From an archaeon (GTDB lineage Archaea > B1Sed10-29 > WALL01), in NCBI GenBank assembly GCA_042584585.1, contig JBHOSQ010000001.1:32001-96000 (forward strand): 64,000 nt of DNA. Reading direction: 5' to 3'. The translations under genes were made by a program, and so were the position numbers. Of the stretch, positions 54,503 through 64,000 are shown piece by piece. Position 1 is the first letter of the stretch, and every line of letters starts with the position of its first letter. Below the pieces are notes generated by a model. It was not told the DNA's origin. It did no database searches and saw only the letters and a program-made list of their open reading frames with translations.

Positions 54503-56164
54503 CTATTTCTTCGCTGTGAACCGCTCGTGCAAGGCAGCCACGCGGTCCAGCGAATCGCATTCCTCGGGCGCGCGGTCCTCACGAATGCGGACCAAGCGGG
54601 GGAAGCGCAATGCATAGCCGCTCTCGTACGTGGGGGACTTCTGTATTTCCTGGTACCCGGCTTCCACGACAATCGTGGGCTTGAGCTTCACGAACTTGCC
54701 TTTCTCGAACTCGATTGTGGGCTTTAGCGCGTCGGTGAGGTACTGGAGCTGTTCGTCCTTCATTCCCGTGGCCATTCGCCCGATTGAGAGGAACTCGTTC
54801 GTGTCCGGGTCGCGGCACGCAAGGAGATAGCTCCCGAGCCAGCTGGCGCGGCGCCCCTCGCCCCACTCGGCAGCCACAAGCACCAAATCAAGGGTTTCCG
54901 TGACGGGCTTGAGCTTGTACATATAGCCCACCCGGCTGCCGGGCTTGTACCCGACCCCGAGGTTTTTGGCCATGACGCCCTCGTGGCCGAGCTTTAGTGA
55001 TTCCTTGTAGAAGGCCTCGGCCGCCTTAGGGTCCGTGGTAGTCACGGTTTTGGAGAACTTGACCTCGCTGCTCGGCTTCACTATCTTTTCGAGTGCCTTG
55101 CGGCGCTCCCCCATGTTTTTTGGGAGAAGGTTTTTGCCGTCGAGGTACATGCAGTCGAACAAGTAAGTGACCACAGGGATTTGCTTGACCATTTCATCGA
55201 TGCCGTACTTGCGCTTGATGCGGCGCGACAACAACTGGAACGGCTTGGGCCGCTCGTTTTCGTCGACGGCGACGGTCTCGCCCTCGATGATTGCTTCTTT
55301 TGCGGACACGGATTTTTTTATTGCTTCCACGACGTCGGGGAACTGTGTGGTGACGTCGTCGAGCCGGCGGGTAAACACGCGTACCTCGCCGTTTTTGATG
55401 TGCGCTTGCATGCGCATGCCGTCGTACTTGTACTCGAACGCGTGGCACTCGTTGTCCAATGCCTCCTGCACGGAGTGGACTGTCTGCGCGAGCATCGGCC
55501 GGAGCGGCCGGAACAATCGGATGCGTATTTTTTTGAGGCCGGCGTCGCCTTTGTCCCTGGCGAGCTGGGCGACTTCTGAGTAGTCATTGATTAGTGAAAA
55601 AGCGCGCTCGGTTTCTGCGGGGGAGACGTCGAATGCTTTGGCGATGGCGTCGCGGATGATGCCTTCGCCGACGCCGACGCGCATTTCGCCGAGGAGTAGG
55701 CGGACGAGGTACTTGACTCCGGTGGGGCTCATGGAGTTCAATAGTTCGACGACGTGCCTGTTCTTTTTTTCTTGGGTGCCCTTTCCTTCCCACGAAGCCA
55801 TTTTTTCGAGGAGGGCGTGGATTTCTTTGAGGGACATCTTCTTTTTGGAGAGGGTGGTCTGGGGCTTTTTGTGGAATAGGTTTTCTGCGGCGAGCCCGGT
55901 GTCGCCGAGCTTCGCGATTTTGTCTTCGACTTGTTTGGCTGTGGCGCCGGTTGCCGTTGACACGCACTTGATCATGCTTTTTTGGGCGATGCCGATTTCG
56001 CGGGAGTCCCACGGCGGGAACACGCGGCCTTGGACGAATAGGGCGACGGTGCCGAGGTCGCTGCCGCTGCTTTGGAAGAGCTGGGCCACGATTTCGGTTA
56101 GCTCGAGGCGGGATGGCGTGGCCTCCAGCTTGGAGAGTGTGACTGCCACGGCGGCGAAGTCCAT
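54503..56164 (-). CDS. lig: ATP-dependent DNA ligase
   Basis: PMLAQ, EYKYDGMR, EGVMAK, KLKP...LDLV, ALRFPR. Confidence 0.97.
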   Translation of the reverse strand: MDFAAVAVTLSKLEATPSRLELTEIVAQLFQSSGSDLGTVALFVQGRVFPPWDSREIGIAQKSMIKCVSTATGATAKQVEDKIAKLGDTGLAAENLFHKKPQTTLSKKKMSLKEIHALLEKMASWEGKGTQEKKNRHVVELLNSMSPTGVKYLVRLLLGEMRVGVGEGIIRDAIAKAFDVSPAETERAFSLINDYSEVAQLARDKGDAGLKKIRIRLFRPLRPMLAQTVHSVQEALDNECHAFEYKYDGMRMQAHIKNGEVRVFTRRLDDVTTQFPDVVEAIKKSVSAKEAIIEGETVAVDENERPKPFQLLSRRIKRKYGIDEMVKQIPVVTYLFDCMYLDGKNLLPKNMGERRKALEKIVKPSSEVKFSKTVTTTDPKAAEAFYKESLKLGHEGVMAKNLGVGYKPGSRVGYMYKLKPVTETLDLVLVAAEWGEGRRASWLGSYLLACRDPDTNEFLSIGRMATGMKDEQLQYLTDALKPTIEFEKGKFVKLKPTIVVEAGYQEIQKSPTYESGYALRFPRLVRIREDRAPEECDSLDRVAALHERFTAKK

Positions 56165-56238
56165 GCCCTTCACAAAGCAGAGGGGGAATTTAAGCGTTTA
56201 CCGAACTGTTAAAAAGTTGGGGGTTGTAAACTACTTTG

Positions 56239-57645
56239 ATGGTGACACCCCTCAGGCGATCCCTATATATTTACGCGTACCGGAAGCATGCGGCAGTCAT
56301 CAATCTGAAGTCTGGCCAGGTAATCAAAGGGCTCATTACGCGTGCCGGTCGACTCCGCTACAAAGGCCTGACCGAAGACGGGAAAGAAGTTGAGTTTGGA
56401 GTAGCGGACATTAAGTCTCACAAGCGAATGCCCGAGAAGAGGACGAGTAAAGGCCACAGTGAGTTCATAAGCCATCATGAAGGCCGTGAGGTGGTCCTCA
56501 CGCTTCACATCCCTGGAGGGGAGGAAAAAATCACTGGCGTCATTGGGCGGGCTGGCAAGCGCGGAAGAGCCAGGCCTTATACAACCATTGAATACAAGGA
56601 TTCCAAAAACAAGCAGGTCATACGGCAGTTCCTGTCGAGAGACATAAAAGATATAAAACTCGCCAAAGACCTGCGCGACGCAAAACCTGAGCAAGCCCTA
56701 AACGTTCTCCTGGATTCTCTCCCTTCCTCAAAACAAGCCAAAGCCCGGCGTGAAATAAAAAAACTTGTTTCGCTGTATGCGCCCAAGCCGGACGCGGAAG
56801 TGGACACCAAACAAAAAGAAACGACTTGGGCCAGGCCTTTCGCGGTTTGGGAGTTCAGGGAAACAATCCAAAAAAAGATTGGGCATGAAGTGGACGCGAG
56901 ATATGTCACCCATCTTCTTAACTCGCTCACTAGGGCAGGGCAGCTACACAAGCGGTCTATTCTCTCGCCACGCCCGCATACCTCTGGCGGCATAATCAGT
57001 GAAGCTGGCCACAGGATTTTTTATAGCGCAGATCCCCGCGCTATAGAAGCCATGGAAAAGCATTACGATAATCCAGAGGAACAACTCAAATTAGCACTGC
57101 GCCGGACGTTCCAAGCCAGTTTTGGCAAAAGGAATGAAAAGTCTTATTTGAAACCGGAGTGGATTAACAAAACTGTTCTGCAGCGATTGAAGAAGGGCAC
57201 CACCCAATTCCATTTAAAGACAGAACTAATTGACGGGTATCGAGCGGACCTATTGAAACATATGGCATCTTTGTTTCAGGAAGGCAAAGCGCAGCGTGCA
57301 TCCAAGTATTCCTCTGAGAGTGCGCGATTGAATTTCTTCACCCACCATCGCTTGGTCGGTGCCTTAAGGCCATTGGTTGCGGGGTCTGAAGTGTGGAAGG
57401 GCATGGATTTGCTTTACACGGAGAAAGGAGCGAACCCCAATCCCCAGAGCTTTCCCCAAAATCCTGAAGTAAGCTGGTACTGCCTCAACACTCCCGACTC
57501 AATTGAGTCCATGCAGAAGAAGATGAGAGGTGTTGACAACGAATACAAGCAGCAGAAAAAAGAGGAGAAGCGGCTCGCCGCCAAGGTTCGTGAGGACGCG
57601 AAGGACAGCCGGCGGTACAAAAAAGACCGGCGAATCAAGCTTTGA
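56239..57645 (+). CDS. Basic orphan with two Sm/SH3-like beta repeats and a wHTH-like segment
   Basis: VINLKSGQVIKGLITRAG and VVLTL...EKITGVIGRAG; VTHLLNSLTRAGQLHK. Confidence 0.65.
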   Translation: MVTPLRRSLYIYAYRKHAAVINLKSGQVIKGLITRAGRLRYKGLTEDGKEVEFGVADIKSHKRMPEKRTSKGHSEFISHHEGREVVLTLHIPGGEEKITGVIGRAGKRGRARPYTTIEYKDSKNKQVIRQFLSRDIKDIKLAKDLRDAKPEQALNVLLDSLPSSKQAKARREIKKLVSLYAPKPDAEVDTKQKETTWARPFAVWEFRETIQKKIGHEVDARYVTHLLNSLTRAGQLHKRSILSPRPHTSGGIISEAGHRIFYSADPRAIEAMEKHYDNPEEQLKLALRRTFQASFGKRNEKSYLKPEWINKTVLQRLKKGTTQFHLKTELIDGYRADLLKHMASLFQEGKAQRASKYSSESARLNFFTHHRLVGALRPLVAGSEVWKGMDLLYTEKGANPNPQSFPQNPEVSWYCLNTPDSIESMQKKMRGVDNEYKQQKKEEKRLAAKVREDAKDSRRYKKDRRIKL

Positions 57646-57750
57646 GTGATTGCCCCGGGGTGAACGTTTGGCCAGTGTTTAAGGGGTTTGCCGGGTTTCA
57701 ATGTAAATTTTTTATAGCAGGGCGTCTACAATGAATAACGAGGGTGACAG

Positions 57751-58029
57751 ATGACTGAAAACACGGACGGCCAGGTCTTCATTGGCAAGAAAGGCGTCAT
57801 GAGCTATGTTTTGGCTGTCGTGACGCAGTTCAACAACGGAGCCAGTGAAGTCACGGTGAAAGCCCGTGGGAAGGCCATCAGCCGGGCCGTGGACGTCGCG
57901 GAAATCGTGCGCCACAGGTTCTTGTCGGACTCGACAATCAAGGACGTTTCCATAAAGACCGAGGAATTGGTCTCGAGGGAAGGCGACACGGGACGGGTTT
58001 CGGCAATAGAGATTATCCTCGCCAAGTGA
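57751..58029 (+). CDS. albA: DNA/RNA-binding protein Alba
   Basis: [37 protein letters not shown]. Confidence 0.97.
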   Translation: MTENTDGQVFIGKKGVMSYVLAVVTQFNNGASEVTVKARGKAISRAVDVAEIVRHRFLSDSTIKDVSIKTEELVSREGDTGRVSAIEIILAK

Positions 58030-58044
58030 CAGGGGGCACACCCC

Positions 58045-58539
58045 ATGAAGGGCCCGTTATGCGAAGAGTGCGTAAAAAGTGGGAATCTTTGTGAAGAGTG
58101 CGTCGACAAACAGCAGAAAGGAGAACTAGGCGAACTCGACATTCAACTAGCGCGCCTGTTGCAGAAGCTGGAGGGCCGGGACCTGGTCCGGGGAGCTAAT
58201 TTTGAGCGGGTGTTTGACGTCGAAGGGCTTATCTTGATTACTACTAGGGGCAAGGTCGGCCCCTTGGTCGGGAAAGGGGGAAGGGTCATTCGCTTGCTGA
58301 GCAAGGAGTTCAACAAAAAAGTGAGGATAGTCAGCGTCCTTGACGAAAAGACGGCGCTGAGGGACTTGGTTGCACCGGCGCGAATACAGGGCATCAACAT
58401 TGTTTACAAGGCGGACGGCGAGCAAACAAAAGCGATTATCGCGCGCGAGGACAAGTACAAGCTCATCGCCCCATTAGAGACCCTGCAAAAAGCCGCGAAC
58501 ATGCTAAGCGAAAAAGCCGTCGTGCTCGAAGTGAAGTGA
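58045..58539 (+). CDS. NusA-like KH-domain protein with N-terminal Cys cluster
   Basis: PLCEECVKSGNLCEEC; LVGKGGRVIR; LVAPARIQGINIVY. Confidence 0.85.
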   Translation: MKGPLCEECVKSGNLCEECVDKQQKGELGELDIQLARLLQKLEGRDLVRGANFERVFDVEGLILITTRGKVGPLVGKGGRVIRLLSKEFNKKVRIVSVLDEKTALRDLVAPARIQGINIVYKADGEQTKAIIAREDKYKLIAPLETLQKAANMLSEKAVVLEVK

Positions 58540-58578
58540 CCCCGCGTTGTTATAAACCCTCAATTACAAAAATATATT

Positions 58579-59301
58579 GTGCGAAAGAAAAGAGTTGCAA
58601 AAGCCAAGAAGGAACCAATCCCAGACAAACAACTGCTTAGTGATGGAAATAGGAGGAAGCACATTCTCAAATTGTACAAAAAAGCAAAGTCTTTGTTGGA
58701 AAACAGCGAGTGCGAAAAAGCATTGGAACATTCCAACCAAATCCTCAGCATAGATGCAAAAAACTTGGGTGGCCTGCATATGAAAGGATTCGCCCTCTAC
58801 GGCCTGGGGAGACTTGATGAATCGGTGGCCTGCTTCCAAAAAGCAACTGAAATAAAACCCGACTCGGACACTGCTTGGTTTTGTATTGGGGGCGCACTAG
58901 AAGACAAAGGCCAATTGGAAGAAGCGCTTAAGCACTACAAGAAAGCTGTTAGACTAAATCCCCAAAACGGGCTTAACCACGGAAAGCTTGGGGCGTTGCT
59001 AGCAAAGTTGGGGAAGCATGAGGAAGCGGTGCAATACTATACCTCTGCAACCCGAATAAACCCAAACAACGCAAGTTACTGGGCTAACTTATCCCAGTCA
59101 TTAGGCCTGCTAGGCAGATTTGAAGAAGCGCTAACTGCCTGCAACAAGTCACTCGAAATAGCGCCAGAGCACGAGCAATGCCTAAAAAACAAGAAGGTTA
59201 TATTAGACAGGATGAAAGCGCAAAAAGGCAAGACCACGAAAATGAAGGGTAAAAAAGCAAAAAAGCTAACTGGGGAAAAGCAGAAGCTCTTAAATCCATA
59301 A
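58579..59301 (+). CDS. TPR repeat protein with basic termini
   Basis: About five TPR units (e.g. ALKHYKKAVRLNP); AT-rich. Confidence 0.88.
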   Translation: MRKKRVAKAKKEPIPDKQLLSDGNRRKHILKLYKKAKSLLENSECEKALEHSNQILSIDAKNLGGLHMKGFALYGLGRLDESVACFQKATEIKPDSDTAWFCIGGALEDKGQLEEALKHYKKAVRLNPQNGLNHGKLGALLAKLGKHEEAVQYYTSATRINPNNASYWANLSQSLGLLGRFEEALTACNKSLEIAPEHEQCLKNKKVILDRMKAQKGKTTKMKGKKAKKLTGEKQKLLNP

Positions 59302-59333
59302 GCCATAAAAAGCCTCTCTGATTCTATTGTGGC

Positions 59334-60617
59334 ATGAAGCGCACGCACTACACCAACGAGCTTGAGGGCCAGGACGGCAAGGAGGTCACGGTCGCGGGAT
59401 GGGTGGACCAGCTCCGCATGCTCGGAAAAATCGGATTCATCATGCTCAGGGACCGCTATGGCACCGTGCAAGTTACGCTGCCGAAAAGCAAAGTAGGCGT
59501 GCTCTACGACGAGGCCGAGCAATTCACCAAAGAAAGCGTTATTGCTGTTAAGGGAACTCTGCAAGCAAGCAAGGAAGCGCCGGGCGGCAGGGAACTCATA
59601 CCAAACTCAATCGAACTATTGTCAAAAGCGGCCGCTCCCCTTCCCATGGACGTGTCGGGAAAAATAAGCAGTGAATTGGAGACGCGGCTCGACTCAAGGT
59701 TCATGGATTTACGGCAACCGGCGGTCGCCGCAGTGTTCGCGGTCCGGGACTCACTGCTGACAGGCATAAGGGACTACCTCGAAAGCGAGGGGTTTGTTGA
59801 GGTGCATACACCAAAGATTGTTGAGGCAGGGGCGGAAGGCGGGGCAACGCTTTTCCAGCTCGACTACTTCGGCAAAAAAGCGTTCTTGAGCCAAAGCCCG
59901 CAACTGTTCAAGCAGGCATTGATGGCCACCGGGCTGGACAGGGTGTACGAAATCGCGCCCGCGTTCCGCGCGGAGCCAAGCGCGACGACGAAGCACGTCA
60001 GCGAATTCATTTCGCTGGACTTTGAGATGGCGTTCATCGAAAGCCAGGAAGACGTGATGCGAATCACGGAAGAAATGGTCGTTGCCGCAATCAAGCACGT
60101 CAAAAAAGAGGCGGCGGAAGAGCTGCAGGTACTGGGCAAGGACGTGACGGTTCCGAAGACGCCGTTCAAACGGGTTAGTTTCGCGGACGCCAAAAAAATG
60201 CTGGCCGAGAAAGGCAAGGAAGTCACGAACGACCTGGACAGCGAGGCCGAAAAGCTGCTGGGCGAAGTGGTGGGCGACGAGTTTTACTTCATCACCGAGT
60301 TCCCGCACGCCGAAAAGCCTTTTTACATAATGGAAAACGGCGACTTCTCGCACTCGTTCGACCTTGGGTACGCCGGACTGGAGCTCGCGAGCGGAGGGCA
60401 GCGCGAGCACCGGGCTGAAGAGCTTGAGGCGCGCATGAAAAAACTGAAGCTGAAGCCAAAGGACTTTGTCTTTTACCTAAGCGCGTTCAAGTACGGCATG
60501 CCACCGCACGGCGGAGTGGGAATTGGGGTAGACCGATTCGTGCAGAAGCTATTGGGGTTGAGCAACGTGCGGGAAGCAGTGTTGTTCCCGCGGGACAAAA
60601 TTAGGCTGGTACCATGA
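59334..60617 (+). CDS. aspS: Aspartate--tRNA ligase (archaeal type, possibly non-discriminating)
   Basis: LSQSPQLFKQ, FRAE, ELASGGQR, YGMPPHGG.G.G.DR, LFPRD. Confidence 0.96.
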   Translation: MKRTHYTNELEGQDGKEVTVAGWVDQLRMLGKIGFIMLRDRYGTVQVTLPKSKVGVLYDEAEQFTKESVIAVKGTLQASKEAPGGRELIPNSIELLSKAAAPLPMDVSGKISSELETRLDSRFMDLRQPAVAAVFAVRDSLLTGIRDYLESEGFVEVHTPKIVEAGAEGGATLFQLDYFGKKAFLSQSPQLFKQALMATGLDRVYEIAPAFRAEPSATTKHVSEFISLDFEMAFIESQEDVMRITEEMVVAAIKHVKKEAAEELQVLGKDVTVPKTPFKRVSFADAKKMLAEKGKEVTNDLDSEAEKLLGEVVGDEFYFITEFPHAEKPFYIMENGDFSHSFDLGYAGLELASGGQREHRAEELEARMKKLKLKPKDFVFYLSAFKYGMPPHGGVGIGVDRFVQKLLGLSNVREAVLFPRDKIRLVP

Positions 60618-61867
60618 CTGACTTCATCAACTTCCTCATTGTTATTACGGCAGGCGTCTTCTTCTCGGGGATACTCAGCAAAATCCAGATTCCGTACGTC
60701 ACCGCATTGATCCTTTCGGGAATAGTGATTGGGCCGTACCTCCTGAATTGGTTCACCCCGGACCCAACCATCGAAGCAATTGCCTCGATTGGCGTGATTT
60801 TCCTTATGTTCATGGCCGGGCTGGAAGTAAACGTCAGGCACAAAAAGTATTTGACCAAAGACGCGTTCTTCCTTATCACGCTTAACTCCATAATCCCGTT
60901 CGCCACCGGGTTCTGCATCGCCACGGCGTTTGGCTACGGATTAATGAGCGCGCTCGTGCTGGGAATTGTTTTCATTTCGTCCAGCGTCGCGATTATCATT
61001 CCCCAACTAGAAAAAAGCGGGTTGATACACAAGGCGCTTGGACAGAACATACTCACCGCGGCCGTGTTTGAGGACATCGGCTCGCTATTGCTGCTGTCGA
61101 TGGCGCTGCAGACACTGATGCCCAAGACACCGCTTCCGATTATTGCTTATTACGTCATTTTGTTGCTGTCGGTAATCGTGATGAAAATTGCGCTGCCCAA
61201 AATCAGCAAGCTTTACCACAAGCTCATCGGCGAACGCGACCAGTTCGAGAGGGAACTATTGTTCTTTTTCATGATTCTGGTCGGCACCGCAATTTACTTC
61301 GAGGCATTGGGAGTCCACTCCATCGTGGCAGGGTTTATCATCGGCATGCTGCTCGCCGAGACAGTGCGGCACGAGCGATTAATGGTCAAAATCAGGACGC
61401 TGTCGTACGGGATTTTCATTCCAACGTTCTTTGTGCTTATCGGCGCGAAGCTTGACCTCGGCGTCTTGCTGACCGGCGAGAGCTACCTCTTCATCACCCT
61501 CGTGGTGCTGGGATTGATTGTCTCAAAAGTGGTTAGTGGCTACGTCGCGGGCAGGCTCACCAAGTTCAGCAAGGACGAAAGCCTCTTGATTGGGTTCGCA
61601 ACCACGCCGCAGCTGTCAACGACACTTGCCGCGGCCTTCGCCGCATTGGGCTTTGGGCTGCTGGACAACGCCACAATCACCGCGCTGGTCGCATTGTCGA
61701 TTGTCACCACACTCGTGGCGCCGCTCGTGATACGGAAGCTCACCGCGCGCATAAAACAGTCAGAACGTGACCTGGCGGTCAAGCGCGAGATGCGAAAAAT
61801 AGCTGAGAAACGCAAGAACGCCAAAAAACGTCGCGTCGTAAAAGCCCGACGAAAGAAAAAAGAATAA
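60614..61867 (+). CDS. Cation:proton antiporter (CPA2/Kef-like)
   Basis: GIVIGPY, LMFMAGLE, ISSSVAI, AAVFED, FIPTFF. Confidence 0.9.
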   Translation: MTDFINFLIVITAGVFFSGILSKIQIPYVTALILSGIVIGPYLLNWFTPDPTIEAIASIGVIFLMFMAGLEVNVRHKKYLTKDAFFLITLNSIIPFATGFCIATAFGYGLMSALVLGIVFISSSVAIIIPQLEKSGLIHKALGQNILTAAVFEDIGSLLLLSMALQTLMPKTPLPIIAYYVILLLSVIVMKIALPKISKLYHKLIGERDQFERELLFFFMILVGTAIYFEALGVHSIVAGFIIGMLLAETVRHERLMVKIRTLSYGIFIPTFFVLIGAKLDLGVLLTGESYLFITLVVLGLIVSKVVSGYVAGRLTKFSKDESLLIGFATTPQLSTTLAAAFAALGFGLLDNATITALVALSIVTTLVAPLVIRKLTARIKQSERDLAVKREMRKIAEKRKNAKKRRVVKARRKKKE

Positions 61868-62260
61868 GAACACTCCGAGGGCGTAAACCAAATTGGCCCT
61901 TAGGGTGTGCGTCGCGCCCCTGTGCTTGGGGCGAATCAACACAAAAATCATGAAGATAGCCACGCCAACAACGGACGTGTTAATCGCGCTGTTCACCGGG
62001 TTGCTGAAGTCACGGAAAAACCGGGTGAAGCCAAACATCAATCCCGTGGCCAGCACCGTCACTTGGAGGAGGCCCCCGATTTTTGACTTGGGCGTGTCCG
62101 TGTCGGGCAAAAGCGAGCCCAGGAAACAAATCAAGAAACTGGACACCACGAGGCCTGCGAACTGCTCGGTCGGCATGGCAGAAAACTGGTACCAAAACAA
62201 TCCCAGCGAAAACAGCCAGACAATCAATCCCCCGAATAAATGGCCCCTGTAATTCGACAT
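61760..62260 (-). CDS. Membrane-bound metal-dependent hydrolase (YdjM-like)
   Basis: YRGH, GSLLPDTD.P.S, HRGATHT, YFSHLALD. Confidence 0.88.
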   Translation of the reverse strand: MSNYRGHLFGGLIVWLFSLGLFWYQFSAMPTEQFAGLVVSSFLICFLGSLLPDTDTPKSKIGGLLQVTVLATGLMFGFTRFFRDFSNPVNSAINTSVVGVAIFMIFVLIRPKHRGATHTLRANLVYALGVFLFFFLSSGFYDATFFGVLAFLSYFSHLALDRQVTF

Positions 62261-63508
62261 CTAAGCACCGTACTTCTTTTGCCTGCCCATGAAGTCAAGC
62301 AGAATGGGGAACAGGTCCTTGCCAGAGATTTTGAAGAGCGCCCCCTGCGTCGCGCTCAACTCGTCGAAGTGCTTCACGTAGTCCAATCGGACGTCGGCGC
62401 CGGCGATGAGCAGGGGCACGGGGTCTGCCGAGTGGTTGCGGACCGAGCACGGGGTCGAGTGGTCGCTCGTGAACGCGATGATTGTGTTCTCCAAGTCGAT
62501 TTTTTCGAGGATGTGCCCGACCATGCCATCGATTTTTTCTAGGAGCTCGATTTTTTTCTCGGGGTCGCCGTCGTGCCCCGCAAGGTCGGTGCACTTTATG
62601 TGAAGGAAGACGTAGTCATGGCCCTCAAGCGCCGCCAGCGCGGCGTCTGCCTTAGCCATTAAATCAGTGTCGTAGCCGCCCGTCGCGCCGGGTGGGGTTA
62701 TAACGTCCATCCCAAGCAATCGGCCGACGCCAATAATCATTCCAGTGGCCGCGATAATCGCCCCCTTGAACCCGTACCTCTCTTCGAACGGCGGCGGGCG
62801 GTTCAGCACCCCGGCTCCGCGGACAAGAATGTAGTTCGCGGGCAGCACCCTGTCGCGGTTCAGTGGGTGGCTGCGGAGGACTTTGTGGGCCTTGTCGCAA
62901 AACTCGTTGAGTGCCTTGGCCGTGCGGATTGCCGCGTCAGTGTGCTCGAGCACAGTGATTTTCGTGGGCGGAATCCCGTCCTCGTGGGGGTCGTTGTCGA
63001 TTACTTGGGGCGACAAGCCCTTGCCGCGGAGCACGAGCACTGCGCGGTGCTCGGTCGACTCCTTGAAAATGATTTGCACTCCGGGAACAGAAGTGATGGC
63101 GATTTCGTTGAGTGCGTGGGCCAGCTCGTTTGTGCCGTGCTTGATTCGGCCGGCGCGGCGGTCCACAATAACGTCGTCCCTGAACGTGGCAAAGTTGCAG
63201 CGGAACGCTAGGTCGCCGGGCTGCACGTCCACATTGGCGCCGAGCGCCTCAATGGGGCCGCGGCCGAAGTAGTACTCGTGTGGGTCGTAGCCGAATAGTT
63301 GCAAGTGGCTGGTGTCGCTGCCGGGCCTGACGCCGGGGGCGATTGGGTCCATGAGGCCGACTTCCCCGATTTCGGACAAGTGGTCGAGGTTTGGGGTGTG
63401 TGCCAATTGGTAAGGGGTTTTGTTGCCAAGCGACTTTATGGGCCGGTCGCCGGCGCCGTCCGCCAAAATAAGTAGGCATTTTTTGTTCGTTGGCGGTGGC
63501 AATTGCAT
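62261..63508 (-). CDS. apgM: 2,3-bisphosphoglycerate-independent phosphoglycerate mutase (archaeal type)
   Basis: ADGAGDRP, PGSDTSHL, GRGPIEA, DRRAGR, DLAGHDG, TSDHSTP, HSADPVP. Confidence 0.96.
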   Translation of the reverse strand: MQLPPPTNKKCLLILADGAGDRPIKSLGNKTPYQLAHTPNLDHLSEIGEVGLMDPIAPGVRPGSDTSHLQLFGYDPHEYYFGRGPIEALGANVDVQPGDLAFRCNFATFRDDVIVDRRAGRIKHGTNELAHALNEIAITSVPGVQIIFKESTEHRAVLVLRGKGLSPQVIDNDPHEDGIPPTKITVLEHTDAAIRTAKALNEFCDKAHKVLRSHPLNRDRVLPANYILVRGAGVLNRPPPFEERYGFKGAIIAATGMIIGVGRLLGMDVITPPGATGGYDTDLMAKADAALAALEGHDYVFLHIKCTDLAGHDGDPEKKIELLEKIDGMVGHILEKIDLENTIIAFTSDHSTPCSVRNHSADPVPLLIAGADVRLDYVKHFDELSATQGALFKISGKDLFPILLDFMGRQKKYGA

Positions 63509-63545
63509 GGCTGAGGATAGGGGAAAGGCGTATTTAATTGTTTAC

Positions 63546-64000
63546 TCAAAACTCCCGGGCGTACGGGACTCCTTGTTCCTCGATGCGGAGGAGCTGGTTG
63601 TACTTCGCGAGGCGCTCTCCGCGGCAAGGTGCGCCTGCCTTAATTTGCTTGGCCTCAATGCCCACCGCGAGGTCGGCGATGAAGTTGTCGGTCGTGTCGC
63701 CCGAGCGGTGGCTCACCATGGTTTTGTAGTTGGAGTGCGACGCAAGGCCCGCGGCCTCGAACGCCTCGGTGAGCGTGCCGATTTGGTTGACCTTGAGAAT
63801 CATTGCGTTGGCCGCGCTCATGCGGATGCCTTCCTTCAGGCGCTGCGTGCTCGTCACGAACAAGTCGTCGCCCACTATCTGGGCTTTTTCGCCGATGCGC
63901 TCGGTTAGGTCGGCGAAGGACTTGTAGTCGTCCTCGTGGAACGGGTCCTCGATGGAAACGATTGGGTACTTGTCCACCAGTTGTTCGTAGTAGTCCATCA
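63546..64000 (-). CDS. eno: Enolase (3' part; 5' end outside the window)
   Basis: [47 protein letters not shown]. Confidence 0.97.
   Translation of the reverse strand, partial: MDYYEQLVDKYPIVSIEDPFHEDDYKSFADLTERIGEKAQIVGDDLFVTSTQRLKEGIRMSAANAMILKVNQIGTLTEAFEAAGLASHSNYKTMVSHRSGDTTDNFIADLAVGIEAKQIKAGAPCRGERLAKYNQLLRIEEQGVPYAREF

Overview
Gene-dense archaeal chromosome segment, most likely from a DPANN-type lineage. The placement is inferred from the face-to-face and coiled-coil histones, Alba, single-OB SSB, short Nop5 plus fibrillarin, Sec61beta, intron-containing tRNA-Ile(UAU) and the many orphans; the exact lineage cannot be fixed from this window. Housekeeping genes (proS, glyS, argS, aspS, argG/argH, nfo, cdc6, lig, apgM, partial eno) alternate with basic orphan genes and Cys-rich surface proteins. 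The most striking features are: (i) a co-oriented ~11 kb block between tRNA-Arg and cdc6, where a PC4-like protein and a HerA/DUF87-type ATPase lead into large orphan proteins built by shuffling several shared modules, with a perfect 19-bp direct repeat straddling one promoter; (ii) a candidate non-ArgR arginine control locus, with an HTH+ACT gene divergent from argG-argH-argS and a tiny upstream ORF ending Arg-Arg-stop in a hairpin; (iii) two families of dispersed intergenic palindromic repeats; (iv) two pilin-headed Cys-rich adhesins. I found no CRISPR array, integrase, transposase or rRNA. All family calls come from recognising motifs by eye; no searches were run.
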